NCBI GenBank assembly: GCA_963787835.1
Contig: CAWBEI010000005.1
Location: forward strand, 128,001-192,000
Direction: 5' to 3'
Origin: Ignavibacteriota bacterium
Lineage (GTDB): Bacteria > Bacteroidota > Ignavibacteria > Palsa-1295
Length of the DNA stretch: 64,000 bases
Shown piece after piece: positions 8,909 to 18,922 of this stretch (position 1 is the first letter of the stretch; each line of letters starts with the position of its first letter). Under the pieces are notes generated by a model. The model worked only from the letters and a program-made list of their open reading frames with translations. It was not told the DNA's origin and ran no database searches. Both the position numbers and the translations under genes were made by a program.

Positions 8909-10780
8909 TTGGTGAAAGTATCGAGCGATCAATTAGACCGAATCCGGGAAGCGACGAACATCGTCGATCTGGTATCCGAACACGTTCGGCTGAAAAAGCG
9001 AGGTAGAAATTTTATAGGGCTGTGCCCCTTTCACAACGAGAAAACGCCCTCGTTCAATGTGCTGGAAGATCGCGGTATCTTCAAGTGTTTTGGATGCGGC
9101 AAAGGCGGGGATGTTTTTTCCTTCGTGATGCAGATCGAAGGACTGACCTTTCCGGAAGCTGTTCAAAAGCTTGCTAGCCGGGCGCATATCGAGTTGGAGG
9201 GCGAGCGAGTCGAAGCCGATGAGATCACCCGAAGCGAGCGGGAATCGCTGTATCACGCACTTCGTGAAGCGGCGGCATATTACTATCGCGTGCTGCGCTC
9301 ACCGGAAGGTTCCAAAGCGATGGAGTATCTTCACAAACGCGGCTTGGATGACGAGATCATACGGAAATTCGGACTTGGCTACGCACCGGATCGAGCCGGA
9401 TTGCTGATCGACCACCTTGTCAATAAAGGCATCGATATTGATAAGCTGGAGCATGCAGGATTGGCTGGAAGGCGAGATTCGGGAGAGTCTTATGAGCGAT
9501 TTCGAGGGCGGGTAATGTTCCCTGTGTTCAATGCCACAGGACGCATCGTTGGGTTTGGCGGACGCATCATGCCGAACGCACCGAAGGAACTCGCGAAGTA
9601 TATTAATTCGCCGGATACGCAGGTGTATCATAAGTCGCAAATCCTGTATGGATTGTTCCAGGCAAAGGATGCAGTCCGTAAAGCAGGATATGCGATAGTA
9701 GTCGAAGGCTATGCCGATGTGCTTGCGGTGTTTCAGGCTGGCATCGAGAATGTGGTGGCGGCATCAGGAACTTCGCTTACGATGGAGCAGCTACAATTGC
9801 TCCGTCGCTATACAACGAACATCGTACTTCTCTTCGACGCGGATACCGCAGGCAAGAACGCCACCATGCGTGGCATCGAGCTTGCGATCGAAGCCGGGTT
9901 CGATGTACATACCGTGGTGCTCCCGACCGGTGAGGATCCGGATAGTTTTATTCGGCTCAATGGAAAGGAAGCATTCGAAGGGGCGCTCGAACACCGGCAA
10001 ACGTTCATCGAGACAAAAGCGCAGTTGTTTGAGGAGCAAGGCGCGTTTCGCGATCCAGGGCGTATGGCACAGGCGGTGCGCTCTATCGTGGAGACGATAG
10101 CGAAAGTTCCGGACTCCATCAAACGGGCGCTCTTTATTCAAAAGCTTGGCGAGCGGTTTCATTTGAGCGAGCAATTACTTTCGACGGAGCTTGCAAAATA
10201 TTCTGCAAATCATACGGAACCACCCGCACGTCATTCTTACGTTCCGGAGCCGGAGGTAGAGGAAGAAAGATCCGACGCGTTGCAGGATGATCTTCCGGTT
10301 CCCGCTCCCGAAGGCCTGCTGCTCGAAGCTATGCTTGCCGATCCTATCGCTGTCGATGCATTGATCGAATCCGAGGATTTCAAGCTGGATATCATCGCAC
10401 ATCCGATCGCTCGAGAGCTTCTAAGCTATCTTCTTCAACGGGTCGAAGAGGGAGATCCTCCGCAGATCGCGCAACTGCTTGATGAATATCGCGGCAGGCC
10501 GGAGTTTGAATCGCTGTTAACTACTCATGGCATGATGAATGATGTGTTCAGCGGCAATTGGGACGAACACTTCGATCAGGCGGGGATTTCTGTCGCGCGA
10601 GCGCGTCAGGCCATCGAGGAATTGCAACGCGGAAAAATAGTGCGGCGCCAAAGTGAGTTATCTTCTCAGGTTCGAAGGGATGGATTTTCGGACGATGATC
10701 TTCGCGAAATAATTGCATTACAAGGGCGACCGGAAATGCAGAAAAAACTTGCTCAGCAGATCGGGAGCGAGGAAGCGTGA
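8909..10780 (+). CDS. dnaG: DNA primase
   Basis: CPFHNEKTPSF...CFGC zinc finger, KYINSP, VVEGYADV TOPRIM, DADTAG. Confidence 0.98.
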   Translation: MVKVSSDQLDRIREATNIVDLVSEHVRLKKRGRNFIGLCPFHNEKTPSFNVLEDRGIFKCFGCGKGGDVFSFVMQIEGLTFPEAVQKLASRAHIELEGERVEADEITRSERESLYHALREAAAYYYRVLRSPEGSKAMEYLHKRGLDDEIIRKFGLGYAPDRAGLLIDHLVNKGIDIDKLEHAGLAGRRDSGESYERFRGRVMFPVFNATGRIVGFGGRIMPNAPKELAKYINSPDTQVYHKSQILYGLFQAKDAVRKAGYAIVVEGYADVLAVFQAGIENVVAASGTSLTMEQLQLLRRYTTNIVLLFDADTAGKNATMRGIELAIEAGFDVHTVVLPTGEDPDSFIRLNGKEAFEGALEHRQTFIETKAQLFEEQGAFRDPGRMAQAVRSIVETIAKVPDSIKRALFIQKLGERFHLSEQLLSTELAKYSANHTEPPARHSYVPEPEVEEERSDALQDDLPVPAPEGLLLEAMLADPIAVDALIESEDFKLDIIAHPIARELLSYLLQRVEEGDPPQIAQLLDEYRGRPEFESLLTTHGMMNDVFSGNWDEHFDQAGISVARARQAIEELQRGKIVRRQSELSSQVRRDGFSDDDLREIIALQGRPEMQKKLAQQIGSEEA

Positions 10781-11481
10781 AGACATCCGAATTCTTCGAC
10801 TCCGAAGCAGCCCAATGGAGCGAGCGCTACGCACTCGACGCACGATTCCAGCGCCGTTTTGATAAGGTTACCAGGTTGCTGGAAAAAATAGGTACTGTTT
10901 CTCCCGGCCGAGCATTGGATGTAGGATGTGGAACTGGAGTCTTTAGTCAATATCTTGCGAAAAAAGGATGGAGCGTCACAGCCATCGATGCATCACCGGA
11001 AATGATCGAGGAAGCGAAGAATTACGAATTGGGGAGCAGGATCGAATTTCAGAACGTATCTTTGGATGTGTTCAACGAAAAGCCCAATTCATACGATCTC
11101 ATCCTTTCTCTCAGTTCGCTCGAATATTTGGAGGATGACGAAGCTGCAATCGAGGAAATCCATGAGTTGCTCAAAACAGGCGGCCTACTCATTGTGAGTG
11201 TTCCCAACAAGGCGGGAATGTTACGCAAAATGGAGGGGGTGGTCTTCGGGATACGTACTGCCACCCGTGACAGAGTCTTTGGTGGAAGAGGAGAATACCT
11301 GAAATTTCAAAAGAGGCAATATACTCCGTTCGAACTCGATATATTGATGCGGCAATTCGGATTTAGGAAAAAGAGAGGAATGTTCTTAAGTGGAGGGATG
11401 ACAAAGCCTGAGTGGATGCTTCCCGTGGTCGAGCGCCGCTGGTGGGCCGCGATGTATTGCGCGGTGTACGAAAAGAAATGA
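10777..11481 (+). CDS. Class I SAM-dependent methyltransferase
   Basis: ALDVGCGTG motif I, IDASPEM, LLKTGG. Confidence 0.9.
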   Translation: MKTSEFFDSEAAQWSERYALDARFQRRFDKVTRLLEKIGTVSPGRALDVGCGTGVFSQYLAKKGWSVTAIDASPEMIEEAKNYELGSRIEFQNVSLDVFNEKPNSYDLILSLSSLEYLEDDEAAIEEIHELLKTGGLLIVSVPNKAGMLRKMEGVVFGIRTATRDRVFGGRGEYLKFQKRQYTPFELDILMRQFGFRKKRGMFLSGGMTKPEWMLPVVERRWWAAMYCAVYEKK

Positions 11482-11491
11482 ATCCCAGGTG

Positions 11492-11917
11492 TTACGAATG
11501 CGGGAAGATCTGATAGAGCATGAAGTAGATCACCACGCCCGTTACACTAACATACATCCAGATGGGATATGTCCATTTTGCGATGGCCCGATGCTTTTTA
11601 AATCGCTTCCGAAGGCCGCGTGACAATGTAATAGTGGCGAGTACGGGAACCGTGACGGCAAGAATAGTATGGGATGTCAGGAGCGTAAAATAAATCGGTC
11701 TCCAAATACCGGTTCCATCGAAATACACGATCCCGGCATTGAAGTGATAAATGAGATACGAGGCCAGGAACACGATCGAAACGCAAAACGCCGATATCAT
11801 CAGCGCCCTATGTTGAGGAATAGCTTTGTTCCGGATCCTATTTCGTGCGGCGAAAAGTAATACTGCACATGTTCCGTTGAGTGTTGCGTTTATTGCTGGC
11901 AGATCTGAAATGCTCAC
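11492..11917 (-). CDS. DUF420 family membrane protein
   Basis: LPAINATLN...H..LM...FLASYLIYH...KHRAIAKW..PIWMYVSVTGV. Confidence 0.9.
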   Translation of the reverse strand: MSISDLPAINATLNGTCAVLLFAARNRIRNKAIPQHRALMISAFCVSIVFLASYLIYHFNAGIVYFDGTGIWRPIYFTLLTSHTILAVTVPVLATITLSRGLRKRFKKHRAIAKWTYPIWMYVSVTGVVIYFMLYQIFPHS

Positions 11918-12534
11918 GGATTCCCCTCATTTTCAAGTGCATCGATATCCGCAAGTAATTGCTTCTGCCCGTCGGGATCCAATCCATTGTAGTATCCACG
12001 AATGTGACCTTGCTTATCCATCAGCGCAAATCTCGGACTATGCACGATAGGAATTCGCTGCTCGCCGCCAACAGAATCGAGCGGCAAATGGAATCCATCC
12101 TTTACCAGCGAATAGATCGAAGCTGTTGTTCCGGTGAGGAATGTCCATCGTTCGGTATTGGCATGGTGCGCAATGGCATATTCGCGAAGTGTATCGGGAG
12201 TATCGTGCTGAGGATCAACGCTGATGGATGCAAAGTAGATCTTACGTTTATCATTGAGCTCGTTCTGCAGTTCGATCATTTTGGAGGTCAGCATCGGACA
12301 AATGCTTGAGCAATGGGTGAAGATCAGGTCGGCGACCCAAATATGCCCTTTGAAATTTTGAAGCGATGCCGTCATCCCATTTTCATCGACCAGCGAAAAA
12401 TTGGGGAGCTGGCCAAAATCCTCCACATGGCGAGTATGTTCGCGTTCCCATTTGGCAATCGCAAAGCCTGCAATAAGTATCAGCGAGATAGAGAGTACAC
12501 CCCAAAGAAGGCGTTGAGTAGTCCGTGACGGCAT
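11914..12534 (-). CDS. SCO1/SenC copper chaperone
   Basis: FTHCSSICP CxxxC motif, SVDPQHDTP, conserved His. Confidence 0.93.
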   Translation of the reverse strand: MPSRTTQRLLWGVLSISLILIAGFAIAKWEREHTRHVEDFGQLPNFSLVDENGMTASLQNFKGHIWVADLIFTHCSSICPMLTSKMIELQNELNDKRKIYFASISVDPQHDTPDTLREYAIAHHANTERWTFLTGTTASIYSLVKDGFHLPLDSVGGEQRIPIVHSPRFALMDKQGHIRGYYNGLDPDGQKQLLADIDALENEGNP

Positions 12535-12557
12535 AAGTATGATCTTAACACTCCAGC

Positions 12558-12573
12558 ACCAAAGGCCGTGCCA
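12558..12573 (-). promoter_or_regulatory. Putative sigma54 -24/-12 promoter for SCO-DUF420
   Basis: TGGCACGGCCTTTGGT: perfect -24 box, -12 reads TTGG instead of TTGC at correct spacing. Confidence 0.45.
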
Positions 12574-12662
12574 ATTTTGATTTTGTGAAAAGTAGTTTGT
12601 GATCTTTTTATGTAAACTACTATTGCCTGAACGTGGTTTTCATCGCCCTGCAAAACAGGTTT

Positions 12663-12746
12663 GCCCTCGTGGCGTAATTGGTAGCCGCAAGGGACTTAAA
12701 ATCCCTTGGTCGTAAGGCCGTGCCGGTTCGAGTCCGGCCGAGGGCA
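12663..12746 (+). tRNA. tRNA-Leu(TAA)
   Basis: GCCCTCG/CGAGGGC acceptor stem, AGGGA-CTTAAAA-TCCCT anticodon arm, long variable arm, GGTTCGAGTCC T-loop; CCA not encoded. Confidence 0.96.
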
Positions 12747-12762
12747 CATAGGTGATCTGCTA

Positions 12763-14388
12763 TTAAATATCTTCAGGCACCATTTCGATGGCACCGCAGG
12801 GGCACTCGGCAACGCATACGCCGCAGCCTTTGCAGTAATCGTAGTTGAACTCAAATCTTTTGCCAGTCCCAAGTTTTATCACGGCGTTATCGGGACAAAC
12901 AGCAAAACAATTATCGCATTCGAAGCAATTTCCGCAGGACATGCATCTGCGTGCCTCGAAGAGTGCATTCGTTTCGTCTAAACCTCCAACCACTTCACCG
13001 AACGTTGTTCGCCGGCGAAGCATGTCAAGCACAGGTTGGATGGTCTTGTCGGCATCAGAATAGTACCAGGTGTTAAGTTTGTCAGAAGTGGCCAGCGCAT
13101 GTTTTGCAGCTGGTTCAAGGCTTATACCTCTAAGGTAAGCATCTATATTCCGTGCTGCTTTCTTGCCATGTCCTGCGGCAACGGTGATTGTTCGCTCGGA
13201 TGGAACCATGTCACCACCGGCAAAAATGCCGGGATGTCCAGTCATCATGTCTGTGTTGACTTTCACGACGCCATCTTTGTCATGCTCGATACCGGGCACG
13301 CGATCGAGCACGCTGGTATCGACATCCTGCCCGAGCGCGAGCACGACCATATCGCCTTCAATCACTTCAAATTCACCGGTCGGTTGGGGATACCCATTTG
13401 CATCGAGCTCCATCTTCTCGACCGTGATGCTTTCGCCACTCATGTGCTTGATCGTTTCGAGCCATCGAAATTGGATACCTTCTTCGACTGCTTCTTCAAC
13501 TTCGAAATCATGCGCAGGCATTTTTTCTCGTGTTCGGCGATAGACAATGATCGCTTCATTGCCCAATCGTCGGGCTGTGCGTGCCACATCGAGCGCGGTA
13601 TTGCCACCACCATAAACGATTACTCGACGGCCAAGCTGAGCGGGTTCGGCGCTTTCCATCGTACGCAATACACCGAGCGCGTCGAGAATTCGTCCCGCAT
13701 CTGGAGATGGAATGTCAACGCGTTTGGAAAGATGTGCCCCGATCGCTACGAAGCAGGCATCGAATCCTTCCCGCTCTATGAGCGCAGGAATGTCTTCGAC
13801 TTTTTCATTCAAACGCAAGGTCACCCCGAGATCGAGAATGCGTTGGATCTCAGAATTTACCACACCGCGCGGAAGGCGGTAGGCTGGAATACCAAACCGC
13901 ATCATGCCTCCGGGAACCGCACCTGCTTCGACGATTGTAACGGCGTGACCAAATCGAGCAAGATGATATGCTGCTGAAAGTCCGCTTGGACCCGCGCCAA
14001 CAATAAGCACTTTTTTACCGGTGGGTTCAGTAGAAATGTTCACTTTCCAACCCTCTGAAATTGCGCGATCCCCAAGGAATCGTTCTACTGCGTGGATGCT
14101 TACTGGTTCATCGAGTTGTGCGCGATTGCATGCGGTCTCGCAGGGATGGTAACAGGCCCGTCCCATAATTGCAGGGAAGGGGTTGTTCTTCATGATCTCT
14201 TCCCAGGCTGCGCGATAATTTCCTTCCTCCGCATGATACAGCCAGGCTTGAATATTCTCGCCGGCTGGACACCCGTTGTTGCAAGGCGGAAGACGATCAA
14301 TGTATTGAGGTCGCTCGGTGCGCCACGCGCCCGTGTGATTGGAGAGGCTCGAACCAGTCGGCAGAGATACTGCAAAATGATCCTTCAT
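12763..14388 (-). CDS. GltD/NfnB-like FAD-NAD(P) oxidoreductase fused with PorD-like 2x[4Fe-4S] ferredoxin
   Basis: TGAWRTERP N-terminus; CNNGCPAG, GRACYHPCETAC; GAGPSG and GGGNTA Rossmann motifs; CFECDNC and YDYCKGCGVCVAECP. Confidence 0.88.
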   Translation of the reverse strand: MKDHFAVSLPTGSSLSNHTGAWRTERPQYIDRLPPCNNGCPAGENIQAWLYHAEEGNYRAAWEEIMKNNPFPAIMGRACYHPCETACNRAQLDEPVSIHAVERFLGDRAISEGWKVNISTEPTGKKVLIVGAGPSGLSAAYHLARFGHAVTIVEAGAVPGGMMRFGIPAYRLPRGVVNSEIQRILDLGVTLRLNEKVEDIPALIEREGFDACFVAIGAHLSKRVDIPSPDAGRILDALGVLRTMESAEPAQLGRRVIVYGGGNTALDVARTARRLGNEAIIVYRRTREKMPAHDFEVEEAVEEGIQFRWLETIKHMSGESITVEKMELDANGYPQPTGEFEVIEGDMVVLALGQDVDTSVLDRVPGIEHDKDGVVKVNTDMMTGHPGIFAGGDMVPSERTITVAAGHGKKAARNIDAYLRGISLEPAAKHALATSDKLNTWYYSDADKTIQPVLDMLRRRTTFGEVVGGLDETNALFEARRCMSCGNCFECDNCFAVCPDNAVIKLGTGKRFEFNYDYCKGCGVCVAECPCGAIEMVPEDI

Positions 14389-15395
14389 AATGAGACCTCC
14401 TTTGGCAATAAGTTATACTTTTTGATATTCTTATTCGCGATAGCTTGTAATGCAGCGAGGCGAACTTCATCGCGCTGAGGTTTGAAGAGATGCGCAAACC
14501 GTCCTTGCGAGATCAGGTATTCTTCGACAGGAATTTGCCGGCGGATCGGATTGGAACGAACGATCTCGCCATGTTCAGCTTCGAAGATCGGGAACGAACC
14601 TGATTCTACTGCAAGACGGGCTACGCGGATCGTATCGCGGGATGCATGAGCCCAGCCGAGTGGGCATGGTACAAAGATGTGGATGTATCGCGCGCCACGG
14701 AGCGTCATTGCATGAGTCACTTTCGCTTCGAGATCGTGGAGATCTGCAACGCTTGCGGTAGCAACATAAGGAATGTTATGTGCAATAGCAATACTCGGCA
14801 CGTCTTTGCCGATCCCAAATGGATTTCCGGGTGCAGAGCCAAGCGCTGGCGTTGTGGCTGTTCGAGCTGCGGGTGGTGTTGCACTCGAACGCTGAACTCC
14901 GGTATTCATATATCCTTGATTATCGTAGCAGATATAAAGTACATCATCGTTTCGCTCGAACATTCCGCTGAGACAGCCGAAGCCAATGTCGGTAGTACCT
15001 CCATCGCCGCCTTGCGCGACGACGCGGATATCTTCTCTATGTTGACGTCGCAATGCTGCCGCCACGCCAGAGGCAACAGCGGCAGCATTACCGAAAAGCG
15101 AATGAAGCCAGGGAAGCTGCCAGGAACTTTCAGGATAGGGTGTCGAGAATACTTCTAAACACCCCGTTGCGTTTACGGCGATCACCTTGCCATTAGTGGC
15201 ACGAATGGCTGCATCGAGCGCATAACGTGCACCAAGTGCCTCTCCGCATCCCTGACAAGCACGATGACCGCACGTGATGGCATTCGATCGCTCCTGCGAG
15301 GCTTGAACTGTCCGCAGTTCAACGTTCAGCAAGCGATTGCCTGCGGTGAACGTACCAGTCTGGTAAAACTTTATTTTCTGGGCTGACTCGATCAT
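14385..15395 (-). CDS. porB: Pyruvate/2-oxoacid:ferredoxin oxidoreductase beta subunit
   Basis: GHRACQGCG, GGDGG...DNQGYMNTG TPP-binding motif, PCPLGW. Confidence 0.93.
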   Translation of the reverse strand: MIESAQKIKFYQTGTFTAGNRLLNVELRTVQASQERSNAITCGHRACQGCGEALGARYALDAAIRATNGKVIAVNATGCLEVFSTPYPESSWQLPWLHSLFGNAAAVASGVAAALRRQHREDIRVVAQGGDGGTTDIGFGCLSGMFERNDDVLYICYDNQGYMNTGVQRSSATPPAARTATTPALGSAPGNPFGIGKDVPSIAIAHNIPYVATASVADLHDLEAKVTHAMTLRGARYIHIFVPCPLGWAHASRDTIRVARLAVESGSFPIFEAEHGEIVRSNPIRRQIPVEEYLISQGRFAHLFKPQRDEVRLAALQAIANKNIKKYNLLPKEVSL

Positions 15396-16579
15396 GCTGC
15401 CTCCAATGATTCTGTTTTCTTGGCGATCATTTCCCAATTAAGATCGAGGAATGTTATCCCGTGCTCTTCGACTATTGGAATTTCTTCGAAAAATGTTCGT
15501 AGTGAAGCTTTGGTGATCGCTCGGCCGCCAAGACCCGCCACGACGCTGATCACAGGAATATTCAATCCTTCAAGAGCAAGCCGAATATCGGCAGCTAATG
15601 GCCCACCCATCCCTGCAGTAATACTTTTTTCAACGACGACCACTTGCTCTGCACCCTTCAATGCTTCTCGAACAGAGGCTATTGGAAATGGACGGTAGCA
15701 CGTAATAGCCAATGTGCCGATGGAGTGTCCTTTGTCCCTCAGCTCGTCGGTCACGTCGAGTATGGTTCCAATGACAGAACCCATTGCAACGACGACGGTA
15801 TGGGCATTTTGTACTCCATATTCATGAAGTAGTCCACCGGAGTCACGCGCGAACATAGCCTCAAACTCCACCGCAGCTTGGGGAATAATGTTAAGCGCTC
15901 CGATCTGTTTTTGATGCGCGAGATAACGAACCTCCGCGTAAGCTTCCGGCCCGACAAGTGCGCCAATAGTTACCGGATGCTTTGGATCGAGTGAATACTC
16001 CGGCTTGAACTCCCCAACGAATGCTGCAACCTGCACCTCATCAGGAATATCGAGGCGCTCATAGGCATGGGTTAATATAAATCCATCGACGCAGACCATG
16101 ACGGGTATGCCCAGCTGCTCTGCAATGCGAAACGCCTGAATGTGGAGATCAACTGCTTCCTGATTCGATTCGGCGAAGAGCATGATCCAGCCGGCATCAC
16201 GGAGGGCCATCGCGTCAGAATGATCGTTCCAGATATTGATCGGCGCGCCAATGGCACGCGTGCCGAGTGTCATCACGATGGGAAGTCCCATGCCGCTTGC
16301 ATTATAGACTGCTTCCGTCATAAAGAGCAAACCCTGGCTCGATGTGGCAGTATAAGTCCGAACGCCAGTTGCAGAAGAGCCGATCGCCACGCTCATTGCT
16401 GCAAATTCGCTTTCGACATTGATGAATTCGCAATCTGGAAGTTCACCGGTGCGGACCATTTCGCCCAGGCCTTCGACAATGTGAGTTTGAGGTGTAATTG
16501 GATATGCGCAGACTACTTTAGGCCTGCATAGCGCCACAGCTTCGGCAACGGCTCGCGACCCTTCGATCTGCTTCAGCAT
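15392..16579 (-). CDS. porA: Pyruvate/2-oxoacid:ferredoxin oxidoreductase alpha subunit
   Basis: AYPITPQT, VESEFAA, TATSSQGL. Confidence 0.94.
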   Translation of the reverse strand: MLKQIEGSRAVAEAVALCRPKVVCAYPITPQTHIVEGLGEMVRTGELPDCEFINVESEFAAMSVAIGSSATGVRTYTATSSQGLLFMTEAVYNASGMGLPIVMTLGTRAIGAPINIWNDHSDAMALRDAGWIMLFAESNQEAVDLHIQAFRIAEQLGIPVMVCVDGFILTHAYERLDIPDEVQVAAFVGEFKPEYSLDPKHPVTIGALVGPEAYAEVRYLAHQKQIGALNIIPQAAVEFEAMFARDSGGLLHEYGVQNAHTVVVAMGSVIGTILDVTDELRDKGHSIGTLAITCYRPFPIASVREALKGAEQVVVVEKSITAGMGGPLAADIRLALEGLNIPVISVVAGLGGRAITKASLRTFFEEIPIVEEHGITFLDLNWEMIAKKTESLEAA

Positions 16580-17202
16580 ATTTCCTCCGCGAGCTGCTTT
16601 TCTTCTTTGATTTCATCGTCAAGCATCCCGATCTCATCGACACTTTTTTGACGGGCCGCTTCGCTGGCAGCCGTTGCGGCTAAGATGTTTTTCTCCGCGA
16701 TGTCGTCCTGAAATTTCTCGCGGATTGCTTGTGAAACAGAATGGATGCTGACTTCACCGGTTAGTGCAGCAAACGCACCGAGCAAAGCGGCATTCGGAAT
16801 GGGGCGTCCAATGAATTTCATCGCAAGTTCCGTTGCGGGCACGCAGATAACGTGTCCCTCGGGAAGTTTATGTTTTAAACTTTGAAGTCCAAGTTCACTC
16901 GGAGTCTTGCGGGAATTAATAAGCACAAAGCCATCGCCTCGAAGGCCATTGAAAATACCTTGCGTGTGGAGCAGGGTTGGGTCCTGGATGATGAGGGCGT
17001 TAGGAAGGGCGATCGGCTCGCGGGAACGGATCGGTTTTTCGTCAAAACGGCAAAATGCCGTTACGGGCGCACCGGTGCGCTCCGAGCCAAAACTTGGAAA
17101 TGCCTGTGCGTGACTGCCCTCGCGAAAAGCGGCGATCGATAACAATTCTGCTGCGGTGACAACGCCCTGTCCGCCGCGACCATGGATGCGGATCTCAAAC
17201 AT
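16573..17202 (-). CDS. porC: Pyruvate/2-oxoacid:ferredoxin oxidoreductase gamma subunit
   Basis: EIRIHGRGGQGVVT, FGSERTGAP. Confidence 0.94.
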   Translation of the reverse strand: MFEIRIHGRGGQGVVTAAELLSIAAFREGSHAQAFPSFGSERTGAPVTAFCRFDEKPIRSREPIALPNALIIQDPTLLHTQGIFNGLRGDGFVLINSRKTPSELGLQSLKHKLPEGHVICVPATELAMKFIGRPIPNAALLGAFAALTGEVSIHSVSQAIREKFQDDIAEKNILAATAASEAARQKSVDEIGMLDDEIKEEKQLAEEIC

Positions 17203-17398
17203 GATCTGTTAATTCACCACAATCCTGCCAAAAGAAGAATGTAGCTATTATTGCCGAAATTTTGAGAATGCTAACGCTTATCGATCCCTTTTCCGTAAAG
17301 AATATTGACGGTCAGGCGGCTAATCTTCCTACATATGAAAGCATAATTTAACGGTTACAGATCACAGCTGTTCTATCAACCATTAACATTGAACGTTA

Positions 17399-18892
17399 TT
17401 AATGAGCATATTCTTTGGCAATCTGTAATTCGAATGACTGAAATCGCTCATCCAGAGTGTGGAGTAAACGACGTTTCACTGATTCAGGTAGAAACGAATA
17501 ATTTATGCTGTTATAGACAAACCCTTTTATCTCATTATAACTTACTTCTTTATAGCGGCTTGCGAGCAAGAAATATTGCTCCACAAGATTTGTACGCAGA
17601 ACTCCGGCATCATCCGTGCAGATGACAATGGGAACATGGTGCGCTTCATAGAGTGGAAAGGGATGTCGGCCATCCTTTACACCTAAGATAAATTCGTTAC
17701 TTGTGAGATTGATCTCAATAGCAATTTCATGCTTGTGCATATAGTCGAGCAGTTTATCGCTTCCTTGCTCATATGCAATATCAACTCCATGACCGATCCG
17801 TTTCGGACTTGCAATATAGACAGCCGAATCGATATGCCAAGTGAGATCTTCCGGCTTGACTTCGCCGAGTGTCAGTTCGCCGGCATGAAGATCAATGGGA
17901 ACGTTCGGGAACTTGGAATGCAAAAAGGCGAACATTCGCATGTGCAGCCAGTAATCGCGCATGGCGATGGGATTATCTTCCGGTGCTACGATATTGACGC
18001 CGAGAATAAGGCTGTCGTCGCAGGTTGCAAATGAAAGGAGCAGTTGTGCAAACACGTCTGATGGTGAAGAAGTCCGAGTTGCGTAATTCTGATACCGAAT
18101 TGTGATAAGGCTATCTTCTCCGTTAAGAAGCGTTGCCTCTTTCGTTGGTTCAAGTACCCTATCGCGGTGCATTTTTGTAAATGCCATAAATTGGGCATCA
18201 TGTGTCAGAGCATTGTACATCTGGGCGAAATCATGCTCGAGGGTGAGGCTATCGTGTTTGGTCTGCGCGAGAACCAGAAGAGAGTCATAAGATTGCTGAA
18301 GCGTACTGAAGCCTCGCTCGCTGCGGTCAAAATATGGACGAAGGAACATGGTCTCAATATACTGCACATTTTCCTTGATCGCGCGTTCCTTTAAAGCTTG
18401 CAGGAATAACGCCTCCGAGCCGCCAATGACAGAACCGAACCTTCCAAACGATCGGAAAAAATGATCCTCAGCAGATTCCACTCCAGGTACAAAATCCTTT
18501 ACCGACCAAAAGTTAATCAATCGAGAACGAATATTGGGATCCATTCGTGGATCGGAAAGCCGGTAGATGGAAGTATCACTCGTATAGGATGCCGGAGGCC
18601 GCTCGCGATAAATGATCAGGCTGTCCTCGCTGACATACAAATTCTGTTTGCTTGCAACATCGAACATTTCTTCCGCATAGATGCTACCACTAAAGTGGTG
18701 ATGCAGATCGCCCCCTTTGGGCATTGCTGAAAAAAATTGCGTTAGAAGTGCATTGTCGTTTCGAATGCTTTCAAAATATCGAGCTGTGCGATCCGTTGCT
18801 GCATCGTTCTGCTGTGACTTTAAGACGATGGGAACAGAACACAAGAAAAGGAATTGTAGGATGAATGTTTTGAAAGCTCGAGAGTAATTCAT
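17399..18892 (-). CDS. Secreted adenosine deaminase-family protein
   Basis: MPKGGDLHHH, LHAGE, RIGHG, EINLTSN, TDDAG; N-terminal signal peptide. Confidence 0.9.
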   Translation of the reverse strand: MNYSRAFKTFILQFLFLCSVPIVLKSQQNDAATDRTARYFESIRNDNALLTQFFSAMPKGGDLHHHFSGSIYAEEMFDVASKQNLYVSEDSLIIYRERPPASYTSDTSIYRLSDPRMDPNIRSRLINFWSVKDFVPGVESAEDHFFRSFGRFGSVIGGSEALFLQALKERAIKENVQYIETMFLRPYFDRSERGFSTLQQSYDSLLVLAQTKHDSLTLEHDFAQMYNALTHDAQFMAFTKMHRDRVLEPTKEATLLNGEDSLITIRYQNYATRTSSPSDVFAQLLLSFATCDDSLILGVNIVAPEDNPIAMRDYWLHMRMFAFLHSKFPNVPIDLHAGELTLGEVKPEDLTWHIDSAVYIASPKRIGHGVDIAYEQGSDKLLDYMHKHEIAIEINLTSNEFILGVKDGRHPFPLYEAHHVPIVICTDDAGVLRTNLVEQYFLLASRYKEVSYNEIKGFVYNSINYSFLPESVKRRLLHTLDERFQSFELQIAKEYAH

Positions 18893-18922
18893 AACTGAAC
18901 TTACCTAACCGGACATTGTAGA

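Noticed and set aside
12706-12981. ORF overlapping the tRNA
   Set aside because: Starts inside tRNA-Leu and is antisense to the oxidoreductase gene
13036-13977. Long antisense ORFs (this 313-aa one, also 3286-4002, 5403-6071, 44529-45140)
   Set aside because: Shadows of well-supported genes on the opposite strand with no recognisable motifs
12663-17202. Genomic island integrated at tRNA-Leu
   Set aside because: No integrase and no duplicated tRNA 3' end found by eye downstream
17216-17230. sigma54-like TGGCAGG upstream of porC
   Set aside because: No GC at the -12 position and too close to the start codon
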